From the NCBI RefSeq assembly GCF_009914755.1, contig NC_060937.1: a DNA stretch of 64,000 bases; one strand, 5' to 3'. This stretch comes from the human T2T-CHM13v2.0 reference genome, Homo sapiens. Below are positions 1 to 12,911 of the stretch, one piece after another; position 1 is the first letter of the stretch; each line of letters starts with the position of its first letter. The notes beneath the pieces are model-generated. The model had not been told where the DNA came from and made no database searches. It worked only from the letters and a program-made list of their open reading frames with translations. The translations under genes were made by a program, and so were the position numbers.

Positions 1-159
1 ACGTCTGGCAGGAGGCCATGCGATTGCTTACCACAAATAAACCCTGAACTTCTTGAATATCAACCACCCAAATCCAGAACCAACTTACTGTTGCTTTGGC
101 CCAATTCCATGAAACAACTCATTTCCTTGGGACTCCATTAGGAAAAATTAAACTTGCCC

Positions 160-700
160 CTTTATTTTTTATTGCTTTTTATTTTTAGATTACAAAAGCA
201 GTATCTGTTCAATGCAGAAACCTTGGAAAACTAATAAAAACACAAAGATATTTTTAAAATCATCTGATACTCATAATTCCACTCCCCACTGTTATAATCA
301 CCATTAACATTTTGGTATGTTTCTTTCTGGCTACTTTTCTGTGGTCCTTTACATATGTCAATTTTTCCTCCCTGACTGGTGTTTTGCCATGCATGCCGTA
401 TGGCGCCTACTTCTCACTTAGCAATACATTATAATCTTTTGCCAAGTTTGAAATATCCTTCTCTGGCCTGATGTTTATCGATTACATAGTATTCCATTGC
501 ATGAATTATACTATATGGTTAAATAATGTCTCTGAACCAAACGTCTAATTTTGGAGTCTTCCAGTTATTTTGCCATTTTATCTATCTACACACACGCATA
601 AATACATAGCTCTGTATTATATGTTATATACATCATATAATGTATATAAAATTTGCATGCAATCTTTAATAACTGTTGTCAAAGATAACATAAATTACCT
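160..700 (-). mobile_element. Ancient L1ME-type LINE 3' fragment (antisense); appears to resume at ~1576-1930
   Basis: Degenerate L1ME antisense motifs (accattaacattttggtatg, tagtattccattgcatgaat, ttccagtt). Resumes after nested insertions with 'gggtctcagggtatacatatttt'. Confidence 0.5.
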
Positions 701-739
701 ACTTTACATCTATTTTTCTTTTCTTTCTTGTTAATATGA

Positions 740-1375
740 CTCTGATTTTGGTCAGTGTGGAAATATCCCTGGCTAAATTATTTCAACTCCTATATCACGA
801 AGTCTGGTCAATACAGTGTAAGGAGAAAATACTGAGTGGTACTTCTGGGATGGCCCTTTGGAGAGGAGCAGATGTGGCTGGCCTGTTCCTGTGCTCTTGC
901 ATGTTTGTGTTGACCATTCCTTTTGTCTCGCCTGGGACATGGATACAATGAGCACAGGCAGGCAGCCATCTTAGGACCAAGACCTGAAAACCATGGGTTA
1001 AGGAGGGTGTGGCAGGAAGTGGGAAGGAGACTGGATCCCGACACCATGACAGGGCCATTATCCTAGCCCTGGACTACTTCCTTCTAAGTCTCATGTCATA
1101 TGAGCAAAAAACAAGGGGATATAGTCAATAATAATTTAATTGTATATTTTCAAATAACTAAAAGAGTATAATTGGATTGTTTGTAACACAAAGGATAATG
1201 ATTGAGAGGACATATACCCAGTTCTCCATGATATGATGACTGCACACTGCGTGACTGTACCAAAATATCTCACATACCCCATAAATGTATACACCTACTG
1301 TGTACTCACAAAAATTGATAAATAAACCTCTATTTGATGGAAGCCGTTTTTCAGTTTCTGTTATTCAACACAGAA
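740..1375 (+). mobile_element. Old MaLR LTR (MLT1J/K-like), interrupted by an L1MA 3' end
   Basis: Motifs 'gcagccatctt', 'agccctggactacttc' and, after the L1, 'aataaacctctattt...gtttctgttatt'. Confidence 0.5.
1115..1325 (+). mobile_element. L1MA 3' terminal fragment
   Basis: 'aataatttaattgtatattttcaaataactaaaagagtataattggattgtttgtaacacaaagg...taccccataaatgtatacacctactgtgtactcacaaaaatt' matches the L1MA 3' UTR end. Confidence 0.75.
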
Positions 1376-1388
1376 CATCATACTATCT

Positions 1389-1560
1389 TTTCTGTTTTTT
1401 TTTTTTTTAAAGAGGCAGGGTCTTATTCTGTTGCCCAGGCTGCAGTGCAGTGGTGTGATCACAGATCACTGCAGCCTTGACCTCCTGGGCTCAAGCAATC
1501 CTCTTGCCTCAGCCTCTTGAGTAGCTGGGACTAGAGGCATTTACCACCACGCCTAGCTAC
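1389..1560 (-). mobile_element. Alu right-arm monomer (FRAM or 5'-truncated AluJ)
   Basis: Poly-T followed by antisense Alu right arm. TSD aacatcatactatct (1374-1388) / aacataatactatct (1561-1575). Confidence 0.9.
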
Positions 1561-3354
1561 AACATAATACTATCTAACAGAGTTACCTCAGTATAAGATC
1601 TTAGAAATGAAAGTGTGGGTCTCAGGGTATACATATTTTAAAGACTTTATATTGTGATTATTAATTTGCTTCCCAGAAAGTTTGTATAAATATTAGCTGT
1701 GACCGGCTGTGTGCAAGAGTACCAGTTAGCCACAACCACTGTTGAGTATCACCCACCCCAACCCAACTCCACAGGGACGAATACACTGCATTGCTGTTTT
1801 CATTCCCCTTTCTTTGCTTACTGATAATTTCAAGGAGGGTTTGGTTTCAAGTGTTTTGTTGGCTTATATTTTCCTTCTGTGAATTTGTCATTTATATATT
1901 CTATTTGCTGCTTCTTTTAAGTTGAAGAATTGTTAGAAGAAATCATGAAGACAATTGCTGGGTTTGAATTGATGCTTGCAGCTTCTGGAGACATTTGTCT
2001 TGAGTGAAAGCATCAGGTGAGAGCTCTGAGGGCAGGTGAGCCAAGGCTGGGGAAGCGTCCTAAGCCAGGGGAGCTCTCCCAGCTGGTGCTGCACGTGCGC
2101 TCCAGAGGGAAGGCTCTTGATGCCTCCCGTGCTGCTTGGGGCCCTTCTTCAGGGAAGTGAGGATGTTTCTCCCAGGATTCAGATACCAGAAGCAGGATGA
2201 CCACACCTCTTTCCTCTCATTCCTGAGGTTCCCAGTGCGTCCGCCTCCTCACATTCCTATGTGTTTGCCTCATCTAGTCCATGACTGGTACCTTTTTTCC
2301 TACAGAAAAACTGAAACAACTATGCAGTTTTCCCCATTCCCATCTCAGGTTCGGGGCAGCTTAATTAGAAAGTGTCAGTAAATGTGCTTTGAGATCCTTA
2401 GAAGATGAGTTGAGTGGTCATTCCCCAAGACCTCGGCATCGGTATCGCCAAGGCGGCTTTGCAGTAAATGTTAGGGGAAGAATGGAGGGTCATTTGTGTT
2501 GTGCAGAGGAAGACAAAATGTCCATCACATAACTGAACACGACTGAGATGGTCCAATTACCTTGTCTCTCTGGCTTTTTTCAATAGTGCAAAGGAATGGT
2601 GATTAGGCAAGAATCCTAAACAGGAGAAACCCAAGTCCGTTCTGAGGTGCGTTGTGCATGGAGGCTGCTGGGCAGCACCAGTCATGCGGTAGTGTACAAC
2701 AGACCTTCAACACCATCAGCATAATGATCACCCACCCGCTCTGTGCCCAGCATGGAACCACGGCCGGAGCAAGCCCAGCTGTGAGCATTCAGTGTCTTAC
2801 CCAGATGCCAGGAGCCTGTGTGTCTTGGGTCGGTGTCTCTCTCCCCCACTTCCTGGCCAGGCTCTTGCCCTCTCATGTACGAATCACTAAGCACGCTCCA
2901 TCCTCAGCCTCAGCAGCAGCCTCTGCCCCACTGTCCAGTTCTATTTCTGCAGTACCTCACCATCCTTATTGGAGACAGCCCTCAGAGAACTTACAAGCAG
3001 AACACCGCACCAAGTCCTAATGCAGAGAGGGAGGGCCACCTGGAGCGCTTCATTCTTCATTGATCCAACAAGCCCTCCTCCTCCTCCTTCCAATGCAGCT
3101 AAGGACCCGCCTCTGAGAAGCCTTCAGAAGGGAAGCCAGCCTAATGCCTGTCCTTCTGGAATCCTTATTTGGTTTCCTCAACTGCACTGTCTTAGAATCT
3201 TCACTCATCAACCCCTCACATCACTCCCGGCTCCTGCCAGTGATAATTTCCATCTCCTCCTTCACTCAGGCTCAGTATCTCCCAATCATCATTGATTCTT
3301 CCTTCATCCTTGTTCTCAGCTTCTACCTCTGGAATCACAAAAATCCCGACTTTA

Positions 3355-3495
3355 AGATTTGAAGGGCCCGTGGGGATGGCTAAGGGCTTAGCTCAATACT
3401 CTAATGTTATAGATTAGGAAACCCAAGCCTAGGGGAGTGGAAGGGGCTTGTCCACAGGCTCACTGCAGGAGGGGAGAGGAGTTGTCACTAGAAAC
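3355..3495 (-). mobile_element. MIR fragment
   Basis: Reverse MIR core 'tatagattaggaaacccaagcctagggg...ggcttgtccacaggctcac'. Confidence 0.5.
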
Positions 3496-3920
3496 ACTTT
3501 TCAGGAAGGAAAGTTTGTCGACTGCTTGTCCAGGGCTCTTTCCATTGTATCATCCTTGCTTCTCAAATGACATGAGGCTGACACCATTATTCTAACTCTG
3601 TTCCCAAAATGTCCTCAATCCCAAAATGTCCTGTTGGTTGATACCAATTCTTTTAAAAATCTGACCTTGAGTGTGTCACCTGCAGTAGATGTTGGAACAG
3701 GATAGAGTTTAAGCCGTCATTGCGGGTCATCTTCCATTTGCTCACAATTTATATCCCACTCTGTTGCCCCAGTCACATGAGTACATTCATCCCACCATCT
3801 TCCCCACATCACTTTCCTCGGATCTGGGATGCTGCCCGGCTCTCCTGTGCACCCTGATCTCCCCTGTCCCCAAGCACTCACCCAAAACTTTGCTCCGAAC
3901 GCTTCACAAGAAGCAACCTC

Positions 3921-4212
<292 letters not shown>

Positions 4213-4242
4213 AAGAAGCAACCTCTTCTCCCTTTACTGTCC

Positions 4243-5037
4243 TTTATTTTCATTTTTTATTTTTATGGGTGCATAGTAAGGGTATACATTTATGGGGTAC
4301 ATGGGATGTTTGGATACAGGCATTCAATGGTAATAATCACATCCAGGTATATGAGGTATCCATCCCCTCATGCATTTATCATTTCTTTGTGTTACCAACA
4401 TTCCAGTTAGGCTCTTTTAGTTATTTCAAAATGTACAATAAATTATCATTGACTGTAGTCACCTTGCTATGCTTTCAGACGCTAGATCTCATTCATTCTA
4501 ACTCTATTTTTGTGCTCATTAACCATCTCTACTCTCCACTCACCCTCCCTACAACCACCCTCCCAGCCTCTGGTAGCCATCCCTGTACCCTCCATCTCTA
4601 TGAGTTCAATTGTTCTAATGTCTAGCTTTTACAAATGAGTGAGAACATGTGATGTGTGTCTTTCTGTGCCTGGTTTATTTCACTTAACATGATGTCTTCT
4701 ATTTCCTTCCCATGTTGTCACCAATGACAGGCTCTTGTTCTTTTTTATGGCTAAATAGTTCTCCATTGTGTATATGTACCACATTTTCTTTATCCATTTG
4801 TCTGCTGGTGGACACTAAAGTTGCTTCCAAGTCTTCGTTATTGCGAATAGTGCTGCAATAAACAAGGAAGTGCAGATCTCTCTTCCATATGCTGATTTCC
4901 TTTCTTTTGGGTATATACCCCAGCAGTGAGATTGCTGGATCTAAGGGTAGCTCTGTTTTTAGTTTTTTGAGGTGTCTCCATATTGTTCTCCAAAGTGGTT
5001 GTATTAATATATGTCCCCACCAACCATGTACAAGGGT
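4243..5037 (-). mobile_element. L1MA 3' fragment (3' UTR plus ORF2 C-terminus)
   Basis: Antisense L1MA 3' UTR. Translation '[28 protein letters not shown]' is the ORF2 C-terminus. Diverged TSD ccctttactgtcc (4230-4242) / ccctttagtgttc (5038-5050). Confidence 0.9.
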
Positions 5038-5829
5038 CCCTTTAGTGTTCCAAAGACATCTCCCTGCAACAAGGTCCCTGTGTACCTTGCAACACAGACC
5101 TTTGTGGTCTTCCACCTATCTTATCTGTAACTGGATTATATGCTCTTGGAAGGCAAGGACAGATGTGTTTCCCCTTACACTACCTTATGAAAAGAAGACA
5201 TGCAGTAAACATCCCTCAGCGGTGGCATTGGTCTTAACACAATCCTAGATGCTATGCCTTTCTCCTCCCTTACAGTTTTCTAGAATGCTTTGAACACAGT
5301 GGACAGACAGCTTGTTCTCTGAGCACTTTATTTTGGTATTCTTCTTGAAACGTATTTTCATTTCTGTCTTTAGAAAATTAAATAAGTGTGATAGCCATGG
5401 AATGATCAAGCGACTCAGACCCATTAACCAATGATCCAGGTGATGCTACTGGCGACAGCATTGACTACTTCCTGGGGAACATGTCCTGAGTGGGGGATGT
5501 CTCCTCAGCTGACAGCTGTGGAGCTGACACACACCCCGACGCCGATGTCTGGCGATTCATATTCCTTCTGCTTTCCCAGGACAGTTTTCTTTTCTCACTG
5601 CCACTTTACTCTCCCACGAGAACCCAGGCAGAGATGGGAAAAACATGTCCTTTCCTGGTGACTTTATTTGTTGAAAAATTAAAGCGCAATTTTCTTTACA
5701 AAGAAGTTGTAGGATGAGAGGGGCAGATTCCTTTCCTCTTGTTCTTTCTGCTCATGCAGTTCTGTGCAGAGGGTCCCCCCCACACCCCCAGCGCTCCTAC
5801 TCAAGGAGCTGCAATCCACTTAACACACA

Positions 5830-6300
5830 ATTCCTTGAGAGTCTGGATGTTTCCAGACTGGTGCACGGTACCAGGAAATAAATATGAATGAATAAACGAT
5901 GTCTGCCCTCCAGAGTGCACTGTAATAGAAGCAGTGAGATGTACACGTTATTTTACTGTCCTGAAATAAATGCCGTAAGAATAAGGCCAAGTCCCAGCCT
6001 CATCACACATGAGGAAACAGCAGAATCACTCAGGGGAACTTAGGAAATGCTTCTTGGAGGAGATGATGGCCAGCCCGGTTTTTAAGGATGAGTGGGGGTC
6101 ACCCATTGAATGTAAAGGGGAGACAAACGAGGTGCTTTTGTAAAGACAGAGTTATGAGAAGGGAATGGGGAGCAGTGGGTGTATCTAGAGCACCAGTGCT
6201 GATCACAGAGATGGGACTCTGCAGAGACCAGAGGGAAGGGTGCCTGGACCTAACCTGCGGGCAAGGAAGAGCCCTGGGATGTTCTAAGTGGAAGTAAGGA
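5830..6300 (-). mobile_element. L2 fragment
   Basis: Degenerate L2 antisense motifs ('ctgccctccagagtgcac', 'aggaaatgcttcttggaggagatg'). Confidence 0.5.
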
Positions 6301-6452
6301 GATGATATTTGCATTATTTAAAACACCCATGGCCACAGGATGGAGGATAGATTTAGGGAGGTGAGACTGTGGCCAGGAGACCTTGTGTGGCCTGAGCAAA
6401 GAGAAAAGAGGGCCTGGCCATGGCCAAAGCCCCAGAAACACAGAAATATTGA

Positions 6453-6811
6453 CAGACGGTCCCCAACTTATGATGGCTTGATGTTTTCTTAATTGTACTA
6501 TGGTGCCACAGTGACAGGCAGTCACTAGAAACCACATTTCCAGTGCCCAGACAGCTACACTATGTTTCACTTTTGATACAGTATTCAATAAATCATATGA
6601 TCTATCCAACATGTTATTATAAAATGGATTTTGTGTTAGATGATTTTGCCCAACTGTAGGCTAATGGAAGTGTCTAGGCATGTCTAAGTTAGGTTAGGCT
6701 AAGCTGCAATATTCAGTAGGCTAGGTGTGTTCAATGCATTATTGATGCAGTATTTTCAGCTTATGATGGGTTTATCAGGATGTAATTCTACTGCAAGTTG
6801 AGGAGCCACTG
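6453..6811 (-). mobile_element. Tigger3a/MER7A (TcMar-Tigger non-autonomous DNA transposon)
   Basis: Terminal inverted repeats cagacggtccccaactta... / ...aagttgaggagccactg followed by TA. Internal 'gatgattttgcccaactgtaggcta'. Confidence 0.85.
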
Positions 6812-7989
6812 TATAATTGGAGCTAAGTAGTGTTACAGGACTATATATCAATCTGATATGTTCTTCTGGGTTGATGGACTACTGGGATGTTTTGTAAACA
6901 TTTGTAGCAGGGAATTGATTGAGAAATTAATTTACATTTGTGTTTCCCTGTTACAGGTATAACTTTAAGGTGTTTTTCTCTCCCCTGGCCCAAGAATCCT
7001 TTGTGTTCTGAGTGTGGGCTCCCTGGTTGGAGGAGTTTCAATAATGACTTTTCATTTCTAGGTCAGTTGGGAAGTAACCAAGAGAACCTTCACTCTTCGT
7101 GGGTCCTGGGAGGATGTGTTGCTTGAACAAAGTGGGATCCAAGTGGTCTTGGCCACAGTCATTGAGGATGGAGGAAAGGAGTGGAGGTAAAAGTTTCTGG
7201 AGAGCTTGAGGTGCATTCCTCTAATGCCAGCAGCCTGGAAGGGGAGAGGCCCTCTGATGAGCCGTTCTGCAGAGCATGTTAGTGCAAATAGATGCGGGGA
7301 TGGGAGGAGCCCCAAAAACAATGGCCTCAGGAATCCCTAGGAGAAATCCACCCCATGCCTGTGTTTGATGCTCAAGAAGTGAAGCCTCCTGCTTGGTGGG
7401 GGACAGTGACTCTGTCCTTGGTCATGTGGGCTTGAGCAAGAAGCAACTCTGTGGCAACCAAGAGGAGCTAAGAGATGCCCCTCTCCTTGTTGCCAGGGCA
7501 TCCCCGTGTTCAACTGCACAACCTAGAGGAAGATGGCTCCCAACCATAACCAGCATGGGCAACTTTGGAACCCAAACCTGTAGCTTCTCTCTTTTATTTA
7601 TTCTTTTCTCCAACACATCAGTGGCCCTCCAGCTGTTGAGTGGGGAGAGTGACAGGTTCAATGAGAAGGACATTCAGATGCATCCACAGAGGACTTTTCA
7701 CCAGTACTCATGTCTCCTTTCTGGATCCTCAGCCCTCTGTTCTTTTCAAAGTCATGAAGCTTTCATTGTGTCCTATGCTTTGGAAACTGCTGAGGATCAG
7801 GACTCTTTGCCTTCTCTAGAGATCTCACCATCAGCTTTCTTATTCCTGGCTCTTTCCAGTGTCCTTTGGAGAATGTCAACCCTGGGGACTAGAAAGGGAA
7901 GGCAATGTTGTTTGGGAGCTAAGCCAAGGCTGCAAATTCTGTGTGAAGCCTGTCCCTGCCATGACTGGTGCACGACCTGAGGTGAGTTA

Positions 7990-8090
7990 CATAATCCTGG
8001 TCACCTCAATTTCTTCATGTATGAAATGGTTAAGTTCTTCCTTCATAGGCTTGTTGTCAGGAAAAATGAGATACTGCATGAAAAGCTCTT
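7990..8090 (+). mobile_element. MIR fragment
   Basis: 'cctcaatttcttcatgtatgaaatgg...cataggcttgttgtcaggaaaaatgaga' matches the MIR core and 3' part. Confidence 0.6.
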
Positions 8091-8656
8091 ATTCCAATGT
8101 CTGACCACCAGTGTAGAAGATGCAGGTAAGCAGTCATCAGTCCTGAGGCGGGCTGCCCTGTGTGGTGGAGATGCCCCATGCACCAGGATCCCTGAGGCAT
8201 TGCCCCTCCCCACCATGGAATTATTGCATCCACCCCTGTGCATTATATCGTCATAGAACAGCCTTAGTGCCCTACCCAGGGAAACTGAGTGAGAAAGGAC
8301 AAGGCATAGCCCCACAATGTTTTCAGTTCCTGGATCCCAGGTCTGTGCAAAAACAGAATCTAGAACCAAGACTCTAAGACTCTGGGAAACAGGTCTGAGA
8401 TCTCCGAAGCCAGGAAGGTGCCTGAGTGTCATTTCCAGAATCTGTCAGAAACAGCTCCGAGCTCTCAGGGGCACCCGTCGCTGAGATCACTGAGGCAGGG
8501 GGCTGCTTCCTGGCATTGTTGAGTTTCATTCTGTTCCTCAGAAGAACAGTGTGTTTTGCTTGGAGTTTGTTTCCATTTTTGCAGGCCAGGAACTCTGCCA
8601 CAGATTTTCTGAGAAGCTAAGTGAATGCTCCTTCTGTCAATCTGAAATAGGTGGGT

Positions 8657-8659
<3 letters not shown>

Positions 8660-8688
<29 letters not shown>
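8660..8688. repeat. Poly(T)29 mononucleotide tract
   Basis: Direct read of the sequence. Confidence 0.95.
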
Positions 8689-8690
<2 letters not shown>

Positions 8691-9174
8691 CCCTTTGCTC
8701 CTTTTTTTCTTTATTAAAGCTGACAAATGGGGAAGAAAATGAAAAAGAAAAGAACAAATCCAGTGTCACAAGATGCTGAGAAAATAGCTTCTATTTATAG
8801 CCTGGTACATTTCAGAGATGTAAACACCTCTGCTAATCGCTGCCCCTGCAGAAGGCCCTGGGGATTACTGCACGGCCCTGGAGAGCTGGCAGCCACGTAC
8901 GGCAGTGCAGTGAGGGCTAACAGGGCTAATTGTGCTCCCAGTTGTTTTCAGAAACAGTGGGAAAAAAGCTCTGTGTCCTGCCCCCCACCCGCGGAACAGC
9001 AGAGGTCCCACACGGGCCTCCGTCCCCTCTCAGAGGAAGCAGAATCTTGGCCCACAGGATAAATTTTAGTGGCGTGGGCACAGGGATGGCCTGGCCAAAG
9101 CACTTCCAACTGGACAAATCTAGCAACAAGATAACAGCAGGAAGTCTTGCTTTGAGTGGCAGCGTGACCACATG

Positions 9175-9315
9175 TTAACTGTGTAATGTGGGGCAGTTCC
9201 TTTAGCAAACATGAGGCTCAGTTTGCTTATCCATAAACTGGAACAATTACAGCTTCTGCAGAGGATAGGATGAGATATCAGTGAAAATAGAGTAAGTGAA
9301 GAACTGTCCAGACTT
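9175..9315 (+). mobile_element. MIR fragment
   Basis: 'ctgtgtaatgtggggcagttcc...ctcagtttgcttatccataaactgg' matches the MIR core. Confidence 0.6.
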
Positions 9316-9359
9316 CTCAGTGTATCAGCCACAATTTCTGTCATCCAATCCAAAGTTTC

Positions 9360-10260
9360 TAGACATGGAAAGAAACAGTAGACTCTGACTTATGATCAAG
9401 CAAAAAAGCATTCTCTACAAAGAGAGCCCTGAGATGATTCAGATGCTGAATTTAGGAAGACAAGACTTCAAAACAACTATTATAAGTATGTTCAAAAATT
9501 TACAGGAAAATATGGTTATCATAAGTGAACAATTGAAGAATCTCACCAAGGAAATGGAAACAATAAAATAAGAACCAAGTGCAAATTCTAGAACTGAAAG
9601 TGCAATATTGGAACTGAAAAATTCACCGATGGGCCAATCAACAGACCAGATACTACAGAAACAAGATAAGTAATCTTGAAAAAAAAAATGGAAATTATCC
9701 ATGCTGGAAAAAAGTAAAATGTATGTATTTTAAACAAACAGAGTCTTTGTGGCTACTCGAACAATATCATACAGCCTAACATACATGAAATTTGAGTCTG
9801 AAAAGAAAAAAAGAGGAAACGGAACAGAATTTTTTTAATAGCAGCCAAAATTTTTTAAATTTTGGTAAAAAGCCAACCTACAGATCGAAGAAACTCATTA
9901 AACCCAAACAATATAAAATTTAAAAATCGCACTTGGGAACATAATGGTGATCATGCTGCAAATAAAATGACAATCTTAAAATCAGCCTGAGAGAAGAGAT
10001 ACATTCGCTCAAGGAGACAGTGCTATGACTGATGGCAGAGGCTGGACCAGGGCTCACGATGGAAGGCACTGGAAGAAGAAAAGTGTCAACCCAGAATTTG
10101 ATGTCCAGTGAGAATATCTTTCAAAAGTAAGACATCTGCAGATAGGCAAAACATGAGAGAATTCATCACCATCAGACTTTCTCAAAGAAAACAGTTCCAG
10201 CTGAAGCAAGGTTGGACCAGATGGAAACTGGGAGGTTCAGAGAGGAATGAAGAGTCCCAG
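9360..10260 (+). mobile_element. Old L1M ORF1-region remnant
   Basis: A-rich decayed ORF1 motifs ('agacttcaaaacaactattataagtatgttcaaa', 'aaatgtcaacccagaatt'-like, 'agagaattcatcacc'). Confidence 0.7.
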
Positions 10261-10924
10261 AAATGCATCTGCAGCTTTTCATCTTAGGAGACTGAAATGG
10301 ATCTAATGAGCCCAGCACTTCCTTGATTTCCTCGAATAAGTTTTCCACAAAAGGCAAAGACAAGTGAGACTCAGCCCCATTTCTAAGGCAAGCCCAGTGG
10401 AGTCACTGCCTTTAAATGCTATCCACAAGGTATGGTCAGCTTCATTTGTACAATGCCCAGGGCATCCAATGAAGAGGAGAAACCTTCATCTCTGCTTCAC
10501 AGGCTGAACCGACATTCTGTGGACATTGATTCCACCTGGCCTCCACTGGAAAACAAATGTACCCTACATCCTTACCCAGAAAAAAGTCCTCTGCATGCTT
10601 CTCCTGTGCAAGAGGGGTTGTTCGGGATTACCCAGGAATGGGGTGTCCTGGCATGACAGAAGAATTGGATGCAGCAATTGCAGATTCAGAAAGAATACTG
10701 CTTAAACAATAAAGAAAAGTCATCAATTGTACATTTATATCAATGGCTTAAAATTGACCATTGAAAATCTTGCTTAATCAAAACAGACCCTGCAATAGTC
10801 AGTACCCACACCGGATTTCATGTCGAAGAAGGTCGTTGTCACGGTAAGCATGGATCTGTTTGCATTAGGGAGAAAGCTCCTCTTAAAAAATAAGAACAAT
10901 GATGTAATAGAGAAAAACAAAACT

Positions 10925-11012
10925 TGATTGAACCTTTCCATAATGTATGCATAAAGCAAAACATCATATTGTACTCCATAAATATAGTTATTGTCAATTT
11001 AAAAAATTATTA
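10925..11012 (+). mobile_element. L1MA/MB extreme 3' end
   Basis: 'ataatgtatgcataaagcaaaacatcatattgtactccataaatata...ttgtcaatttaaaaaa'. Confidence 0.6.
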
Positions 11013-12601
11013 AAACACCTGACATATACTCTGTGATGGATATAGGATGTTGATTAAGCCTAATGGACTTAAGAGTCCTTTCCATGTCAAGCTTCTTGTG
11101 ACATATGCTAGGATTTGTCCTCCTAGACAAAAACCAATAAAAAACAAAAAATAAAAAATACCTCCTCACCCAAGATACAGAAGTTTTTAGGTAAAACTCT
11201 ACAGGGTGGTGGCAGCCATCTAATGTCCACTGCTGGGCTTCCCCAGAGGAAGCAGCACAGTGCTCTTGGTGAGGACAATGATGCAGAGAGTGAGGTGGGG
11301 TCTGCTGGCTGGGGAGGCCCACCCTCCAGGGCTGCACCCCCAGCCCTGCCGAGCAGGCTTCTGACTCAGGCTCGGTCTTTGCAGGCACACACTACCACTA
11401 AATTCACTCACAGATAAAAATATTCATTTTGTGCCCATTATATACCAGAAGAGCTTATAGCTCCAGGGACAGAGCAGTGAGCAGGACATGGTCCCCGAGA
11501 CACTGGGGAGACAGCAAATAGAGGTACAGATGAGTTCCCCCAAATCTACCACATGCTGTTCCCTGCAGACAGCCGCCCAGACACAGTATTGTGTGTTATA
11601 CCTGGAGGGGCCATAACCCAGTTGGGCCTGGAAAAGTTCTGCAGATAAAGCAGCACCTCCAGGGAGACTTGCAGGACATTTAGGAAGAAATGAAGTGGCA
11701 AAAGACACTGTCATTTCCATCAATTTACTCCATGGCCAAAATCAAGGTATAGAGAAAGGTCATCATTAAATCCTACATATTTTCTGCTATTGCTTCCAAC
11801 TGGTGAAAGAAGTTCATGTATTGTACTTTGGGGATGTACTAAGCGTAAATATCTGGGCAGCTTTTAATGCTGAGGCCTAATGCAATAACGAGTGAGTCAT
11901 AACAGTTTACAAATACAGAGCTAAGACCACAATTTCCCAAATGTCCTTATTCATACGGAAAAATAAATATTTGTTTACTTTTTTGGGGTTCAAGAATTAG
12001 AGACATGACTTGAGAATAGAGAAATCTGGTGACAAATTTTTTTTTCTGGCACTTGATGTGATCATCAGTGGCATGAACATATTAATATGTAAAGTGTCAT
12101 TGTATAGAATCACGCTTTCATTCTCATGATGTGATTACCAACTGGGTTCCAATCATTAGGTCTTGGAGAGTTGACTCAAGAACAATTGAGCAACCTCCAA
12201 ATCCTGCTTCATTTCTCAGCTGCCGCCTAAAGGTTCACATTCTGTTTCTCCAGTGTGTTGTAGGGACTTGAATCTATTGACATGCAAAATCTCCAACAGA
12301 GACTAATGCTTTAAAACTCCACATCTTATAGGCAATGGGGTCTGAGAGTGCATATTCTCAATGTGCTCTTTGTGGAGAGGAGAGAGGGGAGAGGATGAGG
12401 GCCCAGAAAGGAGTAAGCAGGGTACAGACAGGTGGGTTGGGGATTCGGAAAGTGGATTTTATTCTCTTAAAGTGTGTCCTTGCATCAGCCAGGATTGGGG
12501 CACTGAGATGGCAGCCTGGACTTGGATAACACCACATACACGCTTACTCCTTCACTGCCCGTAGTTTGGGCTTCACATCAAACCTCACTCTCCTCACTGC
12601 A

Positions 12602-12911
12602 CAGACAGCCTTTGACTCATGATGGTTTGATTTACAATTTTTCAACTTCACAATGGCACGAAACCATCGCAACTTTGACATAATGCACAGTATTCAATAC
12701 GTCACATGAGATAGTCAAGCAAAGCAGGCTTTGTGTGAGATGATTTTGCCCAACTGTAGGCTATTGTAAGTGTTCTGAGCATGTTTAAAGTAAGCTAGAT
12801 TATGAGATGGTGGTTAGATTAGATGTATTAAATGCATTTTTGACTCACAGTGTTTTCCACTTATGATGGGTTTATCAGATTTTAACCTCACTGTAAGTCA
12901 AGGGGTATCTG
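12602..12911 (-). mobile_element. Tigger3-derived (MER7-type) element, second copy
   Basis: Same internal motif 'gatgattttgcccaactgtaggcta' and TIR-like ends (cagacagcctttgactcatgatgg / ...gtaagtcaaggggtatctg|ta). Confidence 0.85.

Noticed and set aside
2600-3300. Overlapping 60-120 aa ORFs in a C-rich region
   Set aside because: No homology recognised; possibly a decayed LTR-internal or L2 sequence, but I could not assign it.
7254-7300. CTGATGAG hammerhead-like core
   Set aside because: No stem II followed by GAAA and no supporting helices.
7393-7980. 195-aa ORF
   Set aside because: Non-ATG start, no recognisable domain, and composition typical of random genomic translation.
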